Source of the DNA: Minisyncoccota bacterium
GTDB taxonomy: Bacteria > Patescibacteriota > Minisyncoccia > Phycocordibacterales > UBA6065
DNA length: 64,000 nucleotides
Reading direction: 5' to 3'
NCBI GenBank assembly: GCA_036400935.1
Contig: DASWWW010000001.1
Coordinates: 46,096-110,095, forward strand
A program made the translations under genes and the position numbers. Positions 45,143 through 53,232 of the stretch are shown in pieces. The notes under the pieces are model-generated. The model saw only the letters and a program-made list of their open reading frames with translations. It had not been told where the DNA came from and searched no databases. Positions within the stretch are counted from its first letter, which is position 1; each line of letters opens with the position of its first letter.

Positions 45143-45646
45143 CTACTGCTTTGTCGTCGTGGCTGTCGAGGTCGCCGTCTCCGTCGGCTGGAGGAGAGGG
45201 GATACCGTTCCGGCTGGGCATCCGTAGAGCTCGTTGAGCTTGTCGATCGTGCTGTTCTCGACGATGCCGGTGAGGCCGAGCTTGTGCTTCTTCTGGAACT
45301 CCTTGAGGGCCGATGCCGTCGAAGGCCCATAGAATGCGGCGTAGTAGATCTTGCCTCCGGTAGATTCGAGAGGGTCGATATAGAATCCTTCGCGAGCAAG
45401 GGCGGTCTGGAGCGCGGGCACTTCAGGGATGTAATATGTCATGCCGTTGAGCGCCTGATAGCCGGTGTTCGAAGGGTTCGCAATAGTTCGGTCTCCGAAT
45501 ACGGTGTCATGGGCGAAGGTAAAGCAGAAAGGCGCCTCGCTGTGCTTCTGATACCAGAATACGCCGCCTGCAATCGCGATAATGGCGACTGCCAAGACAA
45601 TGACGATGGCGGCCTTGCTGGTCTTTGGTGTGGTTGTTGGTTCCAT
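45143..45646 (-). CDS. membrane-anchored peptidoglycan-binding (PG_binding_1) domain protein
   Basis: ASALKEFQKKHKLGLTGIVENSTIDKL (PGRP-like PG-binding repeat). Confidence 0.55.
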   Translation of the reverse strand: MEPTTTPKTSKAAIVIVLAVAIIAIAGGVFWYQKHSEAPFCFTFAHDTVFGDRTIANPSNTGYQALNGMTYYIPEVPALQTALAREGFYIDPLESTGGKIYYAAFYGPSTASALKEFQKKHKLGLTGIVENSTIDKLNELYGCPAGTVSPLLQPTETATSTATTTKQ

Positions 45647-45676
45647 ATGTTTGTGAGGCTTAGATTAGCAGAGATG

Positions 45677-46615
45677 CTAGTAGGCGGCAATGTTCGTATT
45701 CAGGCTTGTGCTGTCGGTGCCGTTGTACGCCCAGATGCTGTAGGTTCCCGCGCTCATATTGCTCGTGAGGCTGAAGATGAGCACCTTTCCGTCAGGGGAG
45801 ACGTACTGCTTTGTCGTGCGGATGTTGAACGGGCCGTTTAGGTATATCGATGTCGCATCGTTGAAGCCCGAGCCGTAGATGACGATCGGCGTCTCGTCGC
45901 TTGAGGAGACGGTCTTTGGGTAGATCATGTTTGCCGCTACTGGCTGCGCCTCCAGGGTAAAGACCGCGCTTTGCGGATCGTCCGCCGAAGTTCCGGCATA
46001 GGTATTCCTGATGCGGATCTTGTACTCGCCTGGGGCGACCACCGTGTTCTTCTGGCTCTCGGTCGAATAGACCTCGCCGGCCTTCCATTCGAATTGGGTT
46101 CCGCCCAATCGGGTGATTGCGATATATCCTACCGATATGCCGTTCTTGTCCTCGAGGATGATGCTGTAGGTCGATTTTATCTCCGATGCCCATCGGATGA
46201 TCTGGGTCTTTCCGATGGTGACTACCGCCCCGGCCTTGGGGGAGCTTATGAGAGGGGCCTTCGCGGGTACATTTGTCTGCGAGCCGCTCGAGCCTGAGGC
46301 GGTCGGTGTTGTCGCGCAGCTTTTCGCCTTTATGAAGGCACGGGTCGTCGGGCCGACGAAGCCGGTCGAGCTTATGCCGTTTGCCGCCTGAAATTTCTTG
46401 GCTGCTGCCAGCGTTGCCGGTCCGAATACTCCGTTGGGAGTAGCGGTCAGGTAGCCTGCTTCTGCCAGATATACTTGGAGCCTGGTTACGTTGCTGCCGG
46501 TCGAGCCCGATCCGATATCCGCCGCTATGTCCGTGCATGCGGCGAGGGCGGGAGTGGCGACCGAGAGGAGGGACAGGATGCCGATCGCGTAGGTGATCTT
46601 CTTCATGGCTCGCAT
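45677..46615 (-). CDS. secreted PG_binding_1 plus Ig-like domain protein
   Basis: Signal peptide; LQVYLAEAGYL...LAAAKKFQAANGISSTGFVGPTT; beta-rich C-terminal repeats. Confidence 0.55.
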   Translation of the reverse strand: MRAMKKITYAIGILSLLSVATPALAACTDIAADIGSGSTGSNVTRLQVYLAEAGYLTATPNGVFGPATLAAAKKFQAANGISSTGFVGPTTRAFIKAKSCATTPTASGSSGSQTNVPAKAPLISSPKAGAVVTIGKTQIIRWASEIKSTYSIILEDKNGISVGYIAITRLGGTQFEWKAGEVYSTESQKNTVVAPGEYKIRIRNTYAGTSADDPQSAVFTLEAQPVAANMIYPKTVSSSDETPIVIYGSGFNDATSIYLNGPFNIRTTKQYVSPDGKVLIFSLTSNMSAGTYSIWAYNGTDSTSLNTNIAAY

Positions 46616-47445
46616 TAGTCCATGAATACGTTAAAGACCATCTGCTTGCCGTCGGCTCCCGTGAGAGTAAGGGTGCTGCCGGACTGGGCGAGCGTGCCGT
46701 TCGCCATGATCGAGCCAAAGGCACTCTCGTATGCCATGACATTAGCCGGCTCCGCACAATACATGAGCGTGCCTATGAGGTTCGCCTTTATGTTGCCGTT
46801 CTTGAGTGTGTACTCTCCGCCCATGCCGTTACAGAATTTGGCGCTCACCTTGCCGCTCTCAAACGTTACGGTGTATTTTTCGCTCGTTGGAATTGCAGTG
46901 CCGTTGTATGAGGCGAGGCGGAACGTAGAGCCGTTGAGGTTTACGGGAGTGCTTGTCGCGATTGTCTCGGCAGGCTTTGTTTCTGCGGATTCTGCGCGGG
47001 CAAAGATCATCGTGCCTGAATCCTTGAGAAGTTTGATGCGGAGCTCGTCGCCCTCGATGACATGCGAGGTTGCGCGGGAAAGCTCCTGAGCGTATTCCGA
47101 TTCATGCACTGCGTCATTGCAGAACATCTTGGTCATGGCGACGGGGCCGATGCTGAGGATTTCGCCGTCCGCTACGTACCCTCCGCTCATCCTGTTGCAG
47201 TCGCTCGAGCTGCTGAAGGTCTTGTCCGCATTGAATACGATCTCGAAGCGGCTCGGATCCTTCGGGACGATCTCCTTGCCGTCGGCAAATACCGTCTTCT
47301 GCCATGTCCATGCGGTATCGATTATCGACGTCGAAGTTCCGGGTGTGGACGGATTCGCATCCATTTTTGGCCTCAGATAGAGGCAGACGGCCGCGACGAC
47401 GATAGCCGCCACGATGAAGGTTATGAGTATGTTGTTTTTATTCAT
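46615..47445 (-). CDS. membrane-anchored tandem META/HslJ-like (DUF306) domain protein
   Basis: Two repeats each containing CNxxxG...L...G.M.C (DCNRMSGGY...TKMFCN; FCNGMGGEY...TLMYCAEP). Confidence 0.55.
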   Translation of the reverse strand: MNKNNILITFIVAAIVVAAVCLYLRPKMDANPSTPGTSTSIIDTAWTWQKTVFADGKEIVPKDPSRFEIVFNADKTFSSSSDCNRMSGGYVADGEILSIGPVAMTKMFCNDAVHESEYAQELSRATSHVIEGDELRIKLLKDSGTMIFARAESAETKPAETIATSTPVNLNGSTFRLASYNGTAIPTSEKYTVTFESGKVSAKFCNGMGGEYTLKNGNIKANLIGTLMYCAEPANVMAYESAFGSIMANGTLAQSGSTLTLTGADGKQMVFNVFMD

Positions 47446-47528
47446 GGGAATTTTTGATTAGCCACTCTATTGTAACAGGCCGACCGCTGGCCCGTCCTTA
47501 TTACGACAGCAATTAACCAATCAAACGC

Positions 47529-47678
47529 ATGTTAACTACAATCGCAGCCATTTTGATCGTCTTGTGGATCCTCGGACTTGTCACTTCCTATACCATCGGC
47601 GGATTTATTCACGTGCTTCTCGTGATCGCCATCATTATGGTATTGGTTCGACTCATCAGGGGAGAAAGGGTGGTGTAA
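47529..47678 (+). CDS. lmo0937-family small membrane protein (49 aa), not in the supplied ORF track
   Basis: MLTTIAAILIVLWILGLVTSYTIGGFIHVLLVIAIIMVLVRLIRGERVV: the conserved single/dual-TM micro-protein pattern (LW.LG...GG.IH.LLV.A.I..L..LI.G); followed by a terminator hairpin at 47695-47720. Confidence 0.6.
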   Translation: MLTTIAAILIVLWILGLVTSYTIGGFIHVLLVIAIIMVLVRLIRGERVV

Positions 47679-47764
47679 GGCAATACAGGCAGCAAAAAGC
47701 CGCTCTCGGGCGGCTTTTGCTTGTGTTCTATATGGGCATAAAAAACCCGCCTTCCAAAGACGGG

Positions 47765-48118
47765 CTAGAGGCCGCATGCCTCAGCGAATCCGAACGTGCG
47801 GATGTGCTGGATATGCGGGATATAGTGGGTCGCGAGGACGTAAATAAAGAACAAGGTCGAGGCGGTAAGCACGATCTGGTGCAATCTACTCTTGCGCATA
47901 TGGGGCTTCTTCCAGAACTTGTAGTGAGACCAGCCGAGCGCTGGAACCGCTACGAGTGGCAGGAGTACTGTCATAAGAAAGAGACCCATCACGCTGCCAG
48001 ACAGCCCCAGGACGACGAGCGTCGAGGGTATGAAGCAGCATGATTTTGATGCAATGAGAGAAAGGACCGAAAGCGTCGCCGGAACCGTACTTGATGGCGG
48101 GATACGAGCGGTATTCAA
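47765..48118 (-). CDS. hypothetical membrane protein
   Basis: ORF with three hydrophobic segments; weak. Confidence 0.3.
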   Translation of the reverse strand: MNTARIPPSSTVPATLSVLSLIASKSCCFIPSTLVVLGLSGSVMGLFLMTVLLPLVAVPALGWSHYKFWKKPHMRKSRLHQIVLTASTLFFIYVLATHYIPHIQHIRTFGFAEACGL

Positions 48119-48156
48119 GTTGGAAAGGGGACCAGTAAAGTATAAGTGAAGCGCGA

Positions 48157-48669
48157 TTAGAAAGTAAGCAGCATCGCGATCGCCATTGCTGCCATGAGGA
48201 TGTCCTCAAAGACGGTGAACCAGGTGATTGGGATTTTGAAGAAGCCGCCAAGGCACGCGCATTGCAAATCTTCGTTTTGGGCGAGCTTGATCCAAACGGA
48301 ATATGCCTTGAGCGACATGAGCAGGAATACGAAAATATTGATATAGGTCGAATCTATGCCGGCAATGTATGTGGCTCCGAGGGCGAGCTCGACGAAAGGG
48401 TAGATATAGCCCCATGCCTTGTTCTCGCGGGCGAGGATGTCGTACTGGGCGTACGATTTTGCGAAGCTGCGCACGTTTATGGCCTTGAGTAAGCCAAAGA
48501 GCAGGAAGTACGCTCCCATAAAATCCATCATCGCCACATGCGTGGCAAAAGTTCCCAGGGCAAATTGGCCGTAGATGGTGTACGTGATGACGAGCGCGAA
48601 CATTATCACCAGAGGTGCGAACTTTTTTATCTTGCTCTCTGGCTCACAGTGGCAGGTTTCCATTTCCAT
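48157..48669 (-). CDS. MauE/DoxX-like polytopic membrane protein
   Basis: Four TM segments, N-terminal Cys-His cluster (METCHCEPE); family call tentative. Confidence 0.4.
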   Translation of the reverse strand: MEMETCHCEPESKIKKFAPLVIMFALVITYTIYGQFALGTFATHVAMMDFMGAYFLLFGLLKAINVRSFAKSYAQYDILARENKAWGYIYPFVELALGATYIAGIDSTYINIFVFLLMSLKAYSVWIKLAQNEDLQCACLGGFFKIPITWFTVFEDILMAAMAIAMLLTF

Positions 48670-48724
48670 GACGAAATGATATCAGGTTGGAATACAAAAA
48701 GCTCCCACGAGGGAGCTTTTTGCG

Positions 48725-48810
48725 AATGGGTCGAGAACTCGCGGCGATTAGAACTTTGGTCATCGAATTCCTGGCATAAAAAAGCTCGTCGCGGTGAAGC
48801 GACGGGCTCG
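48725..48810 (-). repeat. cassette array T-arm copy 0 (core aatgggt, then cgagaactc...gattagaactttggtcatc...ctggcataaaaaag plus terminator hairpin)
   Basis: Aligned by eye with 49405-49512 and 50119-50216. Confidence 0.7.
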
Positions 48811-48814
48811 ACTG

Positions 48815-49264
48815 TTATTCGGACAGGTCCTTTGGACTGTAGCCCTTCCTCCTCAGGGCGACGTAGATCGGCAGATAGAAGGCGACGAACTCCTTGTCCC
48901 ACGCTTCGCCTTCAAGTGAGGTCAACGACAGGTACTTGGCCCCCATCTTTTCGGGCGTGAAGCCGAGGCTTCCAATCGTCTCGTCGAGCTGTGTGTAGAA
49001 TTGGCGATTCGTCTGGCTCAGCCTGAGAGGGCTCTCTCTCCAATCTAGTGGATCCTCGTCAGAAACCTCTGAGATCGGGACATTGTCCCATAACCCCTGT
49101 GTCTCGACGAGCTTCCTGTAGTACCCGCGACCGCCCACGTCGGCGGTCTGAGGGAAATGCAGGTGGAGATTGCCAATGAGCGCGACGAGCGTCCGTTTGG
49201 GATCGGTCGGCCGATAGCCGCCTTCTGGCAGTGCGGTCAGTTCGGGAATTTCATCCATGTTCAA
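48815..49264 (-). CDS. cassette gene A: hypothetical acidic 149-aa protein
   Basis: Paralog of gene B (MN(M)DEIPELTALP.G.YR.TD...S.LRLSQTNR.F...LPIYVALRRKGYS..DL). Confidence 0.5.
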   Translation of the reverse strand: MNMDEIPELTALPEGGYRPTDPKRTLVALIGNLHLHFPQTADVGGRGYYRKLVETQGLWDNVPISEVSDEDPLDWRESPLRLSQTNRQFYTQLDETIGSLGFTPEKMGAKYLSLTSLEGEAWDKEFVAFYLPIYVALRRKGYSPKDLSE

Positions 49265-49345
49265 TACAGAGTCAATTGTTTCAGTTGCAGGTTTAAAGAG
49301 CGTTGCACTTATATTGCAACTAATTTATTTATTGTCAAATACATA
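49265..49345 (-). promoter_or_regulatory. cassette promoter A: TTGACA-N17-TATAAG with flanking TTGCAA/TGCAAC palindromes (minus sense)
   Basis: Minus-sense gtatgtaTTTGACAataaataaattagttgcaaTATAAGtgcaac. Confidence 0.55.
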
Positions 49346-49361
49346 CTAGTTCCAATTCCCC

Positions 49362-49512
49362 TTAGGGGTCTGATTCTGAACGGCCTTGTTGAGCCGAAAA
49401 ACTAAATGGGTCGAACTCTTATCAATTAGAACTTTAATCGTCGAGTCTTGCGAATAAAAAAGCCCGAGACACGCTGCCGTGTCTCGGGCTTGTGGGTAAC
49501 TTGGCCACAGGG
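49362..49512 (-). repeat. cassette array C-arm 1 plus T-arm 1 (junction core aatgggt at 49405-49411) including terminator hairpin
   Basis: ttaggggtctgattctgaacggccttgttgagccgaaaaactaaatgggt | cgaactcttatcaattagaactttaatcgtc... Confidence 0.7.
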
Positions 49513-49962
49513 CTAAATCGCCAAATCCCTGCGGCTGTAACCTTTCTTCCTCAGGACAATGTATATGGGAAGAAATTTTTTCTCGTATTCTTCTGCCCAC
49601 GCCTTCCCAGTCAGCCGCCCTAAAGCGAGGTTCGCCTCTTTGATTGATTCGAGGGCTATTCCAGCCTCGCAGACGGCCCGATCAATCGCGGCAAAGAATT
49701 CACGATTGGTCTGACTTAGTCTTAATTGACTGTACTCCCATCCGGGGCGGCTTCCATCTTTGGCCCATTTCTCTGAAATTCTCTCGTCCCAGATACCAAG
49801 TTCATCGACGTTATAGCGACTACGCCCTAAGTCTGGAGCAACGTCGACGCTTCCGGGAAAGCGCAAGCAGAGATTGTTGAGAACACCAACGACACCTCGA
49901 TGATCGTCAGTGGCTCGATATGTGCCGTCAGGCAAAGCGGTTAGTTCAGGAATATCGTTCAC
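49513..49962 (-). CDS. cassette gene B: hypothetical 149-aa protein, paralog of A
   Basis: About 35% identity to A over full length, with conserved N- and C-terminal motifs. Confidence 0.5.
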   Translation of the reverse strand: MNDIPELTALPDGTYRATDDHRGVVGVLNNLCLRFPGSVDVAPDLGRSRYNVDELGIWDERISEKWAKDGSRPGWEYSQLRLSQTNREFFAAIDRAVCEAGIALESIKEANLALGRLTGKAWAEEYEKKFLPIYIVLRKKGYSRRDLAI

Positions 49963-50060
49963 AACGAAAATCGGGTTGATTGTTTGTTTGGGTCAGGTTC
50001 AAAGAACGTGCAATTACTATATTGCAATCAAAAACTGAACTGTCAAATGCAAAGGTGCAC
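49963..50060 (-). promoter_or_regulatory. cassette promoter B: TTGACA-N17-TATAGT with TTGCAA...TTGCAC palindromes
   Basis: Minus-sense cctttgcaTTTGACAgttcagtttttgattgcaaTATAGTaattgcac. Confidence 0.55.
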
Positions 50061-50075
50061 CAGTTCTAACTCCCG

Positions 50076-50216
50076 TTAGGGGTCTGATCCTGAATGGCTT
50101 TATTGAGCCAAGAAATAAATGGGTCGAGAACTCTTATCGATTAGAACTTTGGTCATCAAATTTCTGGCATAAAAAAGCCCTCCGCAATGGTGCAGAGGGC
50201 TCGAGGCGTCGGCGTA
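50076..50216 (-). repeat. cassette array C-arm 2 plus T-arm 2 (core at 50119-50125) including terminator hairpin
   Basis: ttaggggtctgatcctgaatggctttattgagccaagaaataaatgggt | cgagaactcttatcgattagaactttggtcatcaaatttctggcataaaaaagc... Confidence 0.7.
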
Positions 50217-50858
50217 TCACCGAAAATACACCAGTGAGGGGTGCTGGTCCGACAGCTTGTCGTTTCGGAGGTTCAGCATTATAACCTGTCCGTTCTTCGA
50301 CAGAGTTGGCAAGCGGGGCTGACCTTCGGGATCTCTGACGACGGCACCCCCGAAGACCAGAGAATCTATACGTGGATCGGCGAAGAATCTGTCCACGAGA
50401 AGGCGATTCCTCGACAACGTCACGAATACCGACCAGTCGGGCCGCACAAAGCCCGTTCCGTCCCATGTGCTTGCGACCCTTTCTTTGCAGGTCTCTGACG
50501 AGCTACTGCCGAATCGAACGAAAAGCCTGTTCGCTTCGAGAATCTCGATATTCAGAGATTTTGGATCTTGGAGGTCTTTCCCTTTAAGGCCGCTTCCTTC
50601 AATAGGCCCTTTCCATATCGTCCAGTCGCCATGGAAAAAACGTTTGGTGTCCGTAGTTCCGCGGTCGATGTTAATGAACGGGGGCGGGGACATCTTCGCT
50701 CCGTTTTCCAGGAACCTGCTGAACTCTTTTCCCGCATCCGCAGGATTTTGAAACACCCGCTCCGCGGTGCTATTCGTAACTCGGTCCAGACAGACGTTGG
50801 TTACCAGAGTGCCGAGCATTCTTGCGGCCCTCGTGGAGTCTATGATTGGCTGACTCAT
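50217..50858 (-). CDS. cassette gene C: hypothetical 213-aa protein (unrelated to A/B)
   Basis: ORF with no recognisable domain; same promoter/terminator context as A and B. Confidence 0.45.
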   Translation of the reverse strand: MSQPIIDSTRAARMLGTLVTNVCLDRVTNSTAERVFQNPADAGKEFSRFLENGAKMSPPPFINIDRGTTDTKRFFHGDWTIWKGPIEGSGLKGKDLQDPKSLNIEILEANRLFVRFGSSSSETCKERVASTWDGTGFVRPDWSVFVTLSRNRLLVDRFFADPRIDSLVFGGAVVRDPEGQPRLPTLSKNGQVIMLNLRNDKLSDQHPSLVYFR

Positions 50859-50989
50859 AAGAGCTGACCTTTCTTTGTTGATGGACGCTGACCAAGGGGC
50901 TCTGACGAGGCCCTCGGCTGACGTTCTGGGCGTTTTGCCTCAGAACACAAGGGTCTTAGACCCCTCTGTTCTGAGGCAAACTAAGTGGA

Positions 50990-51060
50990 CAATATCAAAG
51001 AGCTTGCAATGCATATATTGCAATTAAAAATTAAATTGTCAAACGTAAAGACGCACCCGC
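50990..51060 (-). promoter_or_regulatory. cassette promoter C: TTGACA-N17-TATATG with TTGCAA-N8-TTGCAA palindromic hexamers
   Basis: Minus-sense gtctttacgTTTGACAatttaatttttaattgcaaTATATGcattgcaagc. Confidence 0.55.
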
Positions 51061-51070
51061 TCTAAGTATC

Positions 51071-51120
51071 GTTAGGGGTCTGATCTTGAATGGCTTTATT
51101 GAGCCGAGAAACTAAATGGG
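51071..51120 (-). repeat. cassette array C-arm 3, abutting the tRNA-His 3' end through the same aatgggt core
   Basis: ttaggggtctgatcttgaatggctttattgagccgagaaactaaatgggt followed directly by the tRNA. Confidence 0.7.
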
Positions 51121-51190
51121 TGCCTAGAGGGAATCGAACCCTCGACAGCGGGACCACAATCCGCTGTTTTACCACTAAACTATAGGCACC
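51118..51190 (-). tRNA. tRNA-His (anticodon GTG) with encoded G-1 and CCA; acceptor position 1-72 is a G-A mismatch as read
   Basis: GGTGCCTA TA GTTT AGTGGTA AAAC A GCGGA TTGTGGT CCCGC TGTC GAGGG TTCGATT CCCTC TAGGCAA C CCA. Confidence 0.7.
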
Positions 51191-51251
51191 ATCGTCGTCT
51201 GTTTTCTTAAGAGAAATGGCGGGCGGCGAAGCCGCCCGCCATTTCTCCATG

Positions 51252-51333
51252 TGCGCGGAAGAGGACTTGAACCTCCATGCCTTACGGCGCTACCACCTCA
51301 AGGTAGTGTGTCTGCCAATTCCACCATCCGCGC
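51252..51333 (-). tRNA. tRNA-Leu (anticodon GAG), long variable arm
   Basis: Acceptor GCGCGGA/TCCGCGC, anticodon arm CTACC-TTGAGGT-GGTAG, variable arm CGCCGTAAGGCATGG, T loop TTCAAGT. Confidence 0.8.
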
Positions 51334-51501
51334 ATTGGCCAAGAATAAGCTTTCTTTTTCTTGTTCGCACATCATACATAAAGTTGGCCGTATTTTCAAC
51401 TTTTTCGGTCAGACAAAGCAAAACCGCTCCTTGCGGAACGGTTTTGATCCTCAGCCTTACCATGTGCCTATGATAGGCGATCAGGGAATCCTTTTCAAGT
51501 A

Positions 51502-51571
51502 TGGACATGACGGGGATCGAACCCGCGTTCCTCAGATGGTAAGGCTGAGGACCTAGGCCACTAGCATGCCC
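51502..51571 (-). pseudogene. tRNA-like element: canonical acceptor stem and T arm but an aberrant D arm and a 9-nt anticodon loop (CCTTACCAT); possible pseudo-tRNA or att remnant
   Basis: GGGCATG...GCGGG TTCGATC CCCGT CATGTCC A; a 16-nt segment (cctcagccttaccatg) is repeated in inverted orientation at 51448-51463. Confidence 0.35.
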
Positions 51572-51724
51572 AAGACGTCGGACTACCAATCCTTCGTCTA
51601 TTTCAGGATATGAAAATGCGGCTCAAGATTTTGCTAAGAAATCATAAAGTTTCCCTGAATTTGTGGACAAGCCCGGCATTCAAGCAACAAAAAAACCCCG
51701 CGAGCGCGGAGTTCTTGTTTTGAA

Positions 51725-52171
51725 TTATTTGGTCTCAGCCGGCTTTGCTTCTGCTGCAGCCTCTGGCTTCTCAACCTTCGTGCCCTTCTTGACGACGTCG
51801 GTATTTCCGCCTTTCTCTGCTCGGAGGTTTCGCATCTGGCGTCGGATCTCCTTTGTAGCCTTCTCTCGTACGAAGTAGAGCTTTGAGCGTCGGACCTTAG
51901 ACTTTCGGACGGTCTCGATCTCGTCGATCATAGGGGAGTAGAGAGGGAAGATTCGCTCTACGCCTACGCCGTCCACTACCTTTCGAACGGTGAAGGTTCC
52001 GCCGGCCTCATTGCCGTGCTTTCGGGAAAGGATGAGTCCCTCGAATGCCTGGAGGCGAGTCTTGTCGCCTTCCTTGATCTTCTGCCATACGCGAACAGTG
52101 TCGCCGGCGCGAAGGGCGAGCTTTGCTCGAGCCTCCATATCTATAGGTGAAGTGATTACTTTGCTTTCCAT
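51725..52171 (-). CDS. rplS: 50S ribosomal protein L19 with Lys/Ala/Glu-rich C-terminal extension
   Basis: [44 protein letters not shown]...ERIFPLYSP. Confidence 0.85.
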   Translation of the reverse strand: MESKVITSPIDMEARAKLALRAGDTVRVWQKIKEGDKTRLQAFEGLILSRKHGNEAGGTFTVRKVVDGVGVERIFPLYSPMIDEIETVRKSKVRRSKLYFVREKATKEIRRQMRNLRAEKGGNTDVVKKGTKVEKPEAAAEAKPAETK

Positions 52172-52298
52172 ATGAATGTATTAACGTGGTCGTCAATGTA
52201 ACACGGAGGGCGAAAATGAGCAAGTATTATGCCGTATTTCTTGAAAAAAGGGCGGGAATGGGGTATTGTGGCTCTTGTCGGCAGAAAATTGAATATAT

Positions 52299-52371
52299 GC
52301 GCCCTTAGCTCAGTTGGTAGAGCAGCTCATTTACACTGAGAAGGTCGGGGGTTCAAGTCCCTCAGGGCGCA
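52299..52371 (+). tRNA. tRNA-Val (anticodon TAC), CCA encoded after
   Basis: Acceptor GCGCCCT/AGGGCGC, anticodon loop TTTACAC, T loop TTCAAGT; terminator hairpin at 52379-52404. Confidence 0.8.
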
Positions 52372-52411
52372 CCAAATGAAAAAACCAGCAATCGCTGGTT
52401 TTTTCATTTGG

Positions 52412-52483
52412 TCCCCTCGGTTGGAATCGAACCAACATAACCGGCTTAGAAGTCCGGTGTTCTATCCATTGAACTACAAGGGG
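52412..52483 (-). tRNA. tRNA-Arg (anticodon TCT), CCA encoded
   Basis: Acceptor CCCCTTG/CGAGGGG, D stem GTTC/GAAC, anticodon loop CTTCTAA, T loop TTCGATT. Confidence 0.7.
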
Positions 52484-52527
52484 CTTAGCCTTTGAGGGCT
52501 AAAGAGAGGATAGCAGGAAAGGGGGAA

Positions 52528-53160
52528 TTATTCGAGCGGAACGATCGTCGCCTTGCTCTTTCTCTTCTCTCGAATGAACTCGATGATAACGGGAAGGATC
52601 GAGAGGAATATGATGCCGAGGATGATAGCCTCGAGATGGTCCTTGATGCCAGGGAAGAGAGTGCCGAGGAAGTATCCCGCGAGCGATACGCTAAAGATCC
52701 AGGTTACGCCTCCGATGATGTTATAGGTGAGGAATGTCTTGTACGGCATGTTGCCGATGCCCGCTACGATAGGGGCGAAGGTACGCACGACAGGGACAAA
52801 TCGGGCGATGACGATGGTCTTTGTGCCGTACTTGTCATAGAAATTCTTGGCTCTGATAGCGTGCTTCTTGTGAAAGAGGAGGGAGTCCTCGCGCGAGAAG
52901 AGCCGTGGGCCCGCTTTCTTGCCGAAAGCGTAGCCGACGCTGTCGCCGACGATTGCCGCGATCGTTCCGCCGATGAGGAGTCCTGTAAGCGACAGGTGCC
53001 CCTGCGAAGCGAATAGTCCCGCGGTGAAGAGCAGGGAGTCGCCCGGCAGGAAGAATCCGAAAAAGAGGCCGGATTCGGCGAATATTACGGAAAGGATGCC
53101 GATAAGGCCGAGCGTCGATACGATTGCCTGAGCGTCCGTGAGATTTGATAGGTATTCCAT
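52528..53160 (-). CDS. DedA/TVP38 family membrane protein
   Basis: GLFFGFFLPGDSLLFTAGLFASQGHLSL, the DedA signature [F/Y]xxxR...G plus TM pattern. Confidence 0.75.
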   Translation of the reverse strand: MEYLSNLTDAQAIVSTLGLIGILSVIFAESGLFFGFFLPGDSLLFTAGLFASQGHLSLTGLLIGGTIAAIVGDSVGYAFGKKAGPRLFSREDSLLFHKKHAIRAKNFYDKYGTKTIVIARFVPVVRTFAPIVAGIGNMPYKTFLTYNIIGGVTWIFSVSLAGYFLGTLFPGIKDHLEAIILGIIFLSILPVIIEFIREKRKSKATIVPLE

Positions 53161-53232
53161 ATGCTTACTGTAGCATTAAATGACGCTCCCGATCTAATTG
53201 CATTACAGTTGCATTTGATGTACCATCATTTC

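Noticed and set aside
48627-50466. ORFs 48627..48902 and 50134..50466 (minus), sharing the C-terminal peptide ...RRAFLCQ(E/K)FDDQSSNR
   Set aside because: The shared peptide is simply the translation of the repeated cassette T-arm DNA, so the similarity comes from the DNA repeat and not from protein homology.
51121-52483. tRNA cluster considered as part of an rRNA operon
   Set aside because: No 16S/23S/5S signatures are present anywhere in the window. The tRNAs flank rplS and the cassette array instead.
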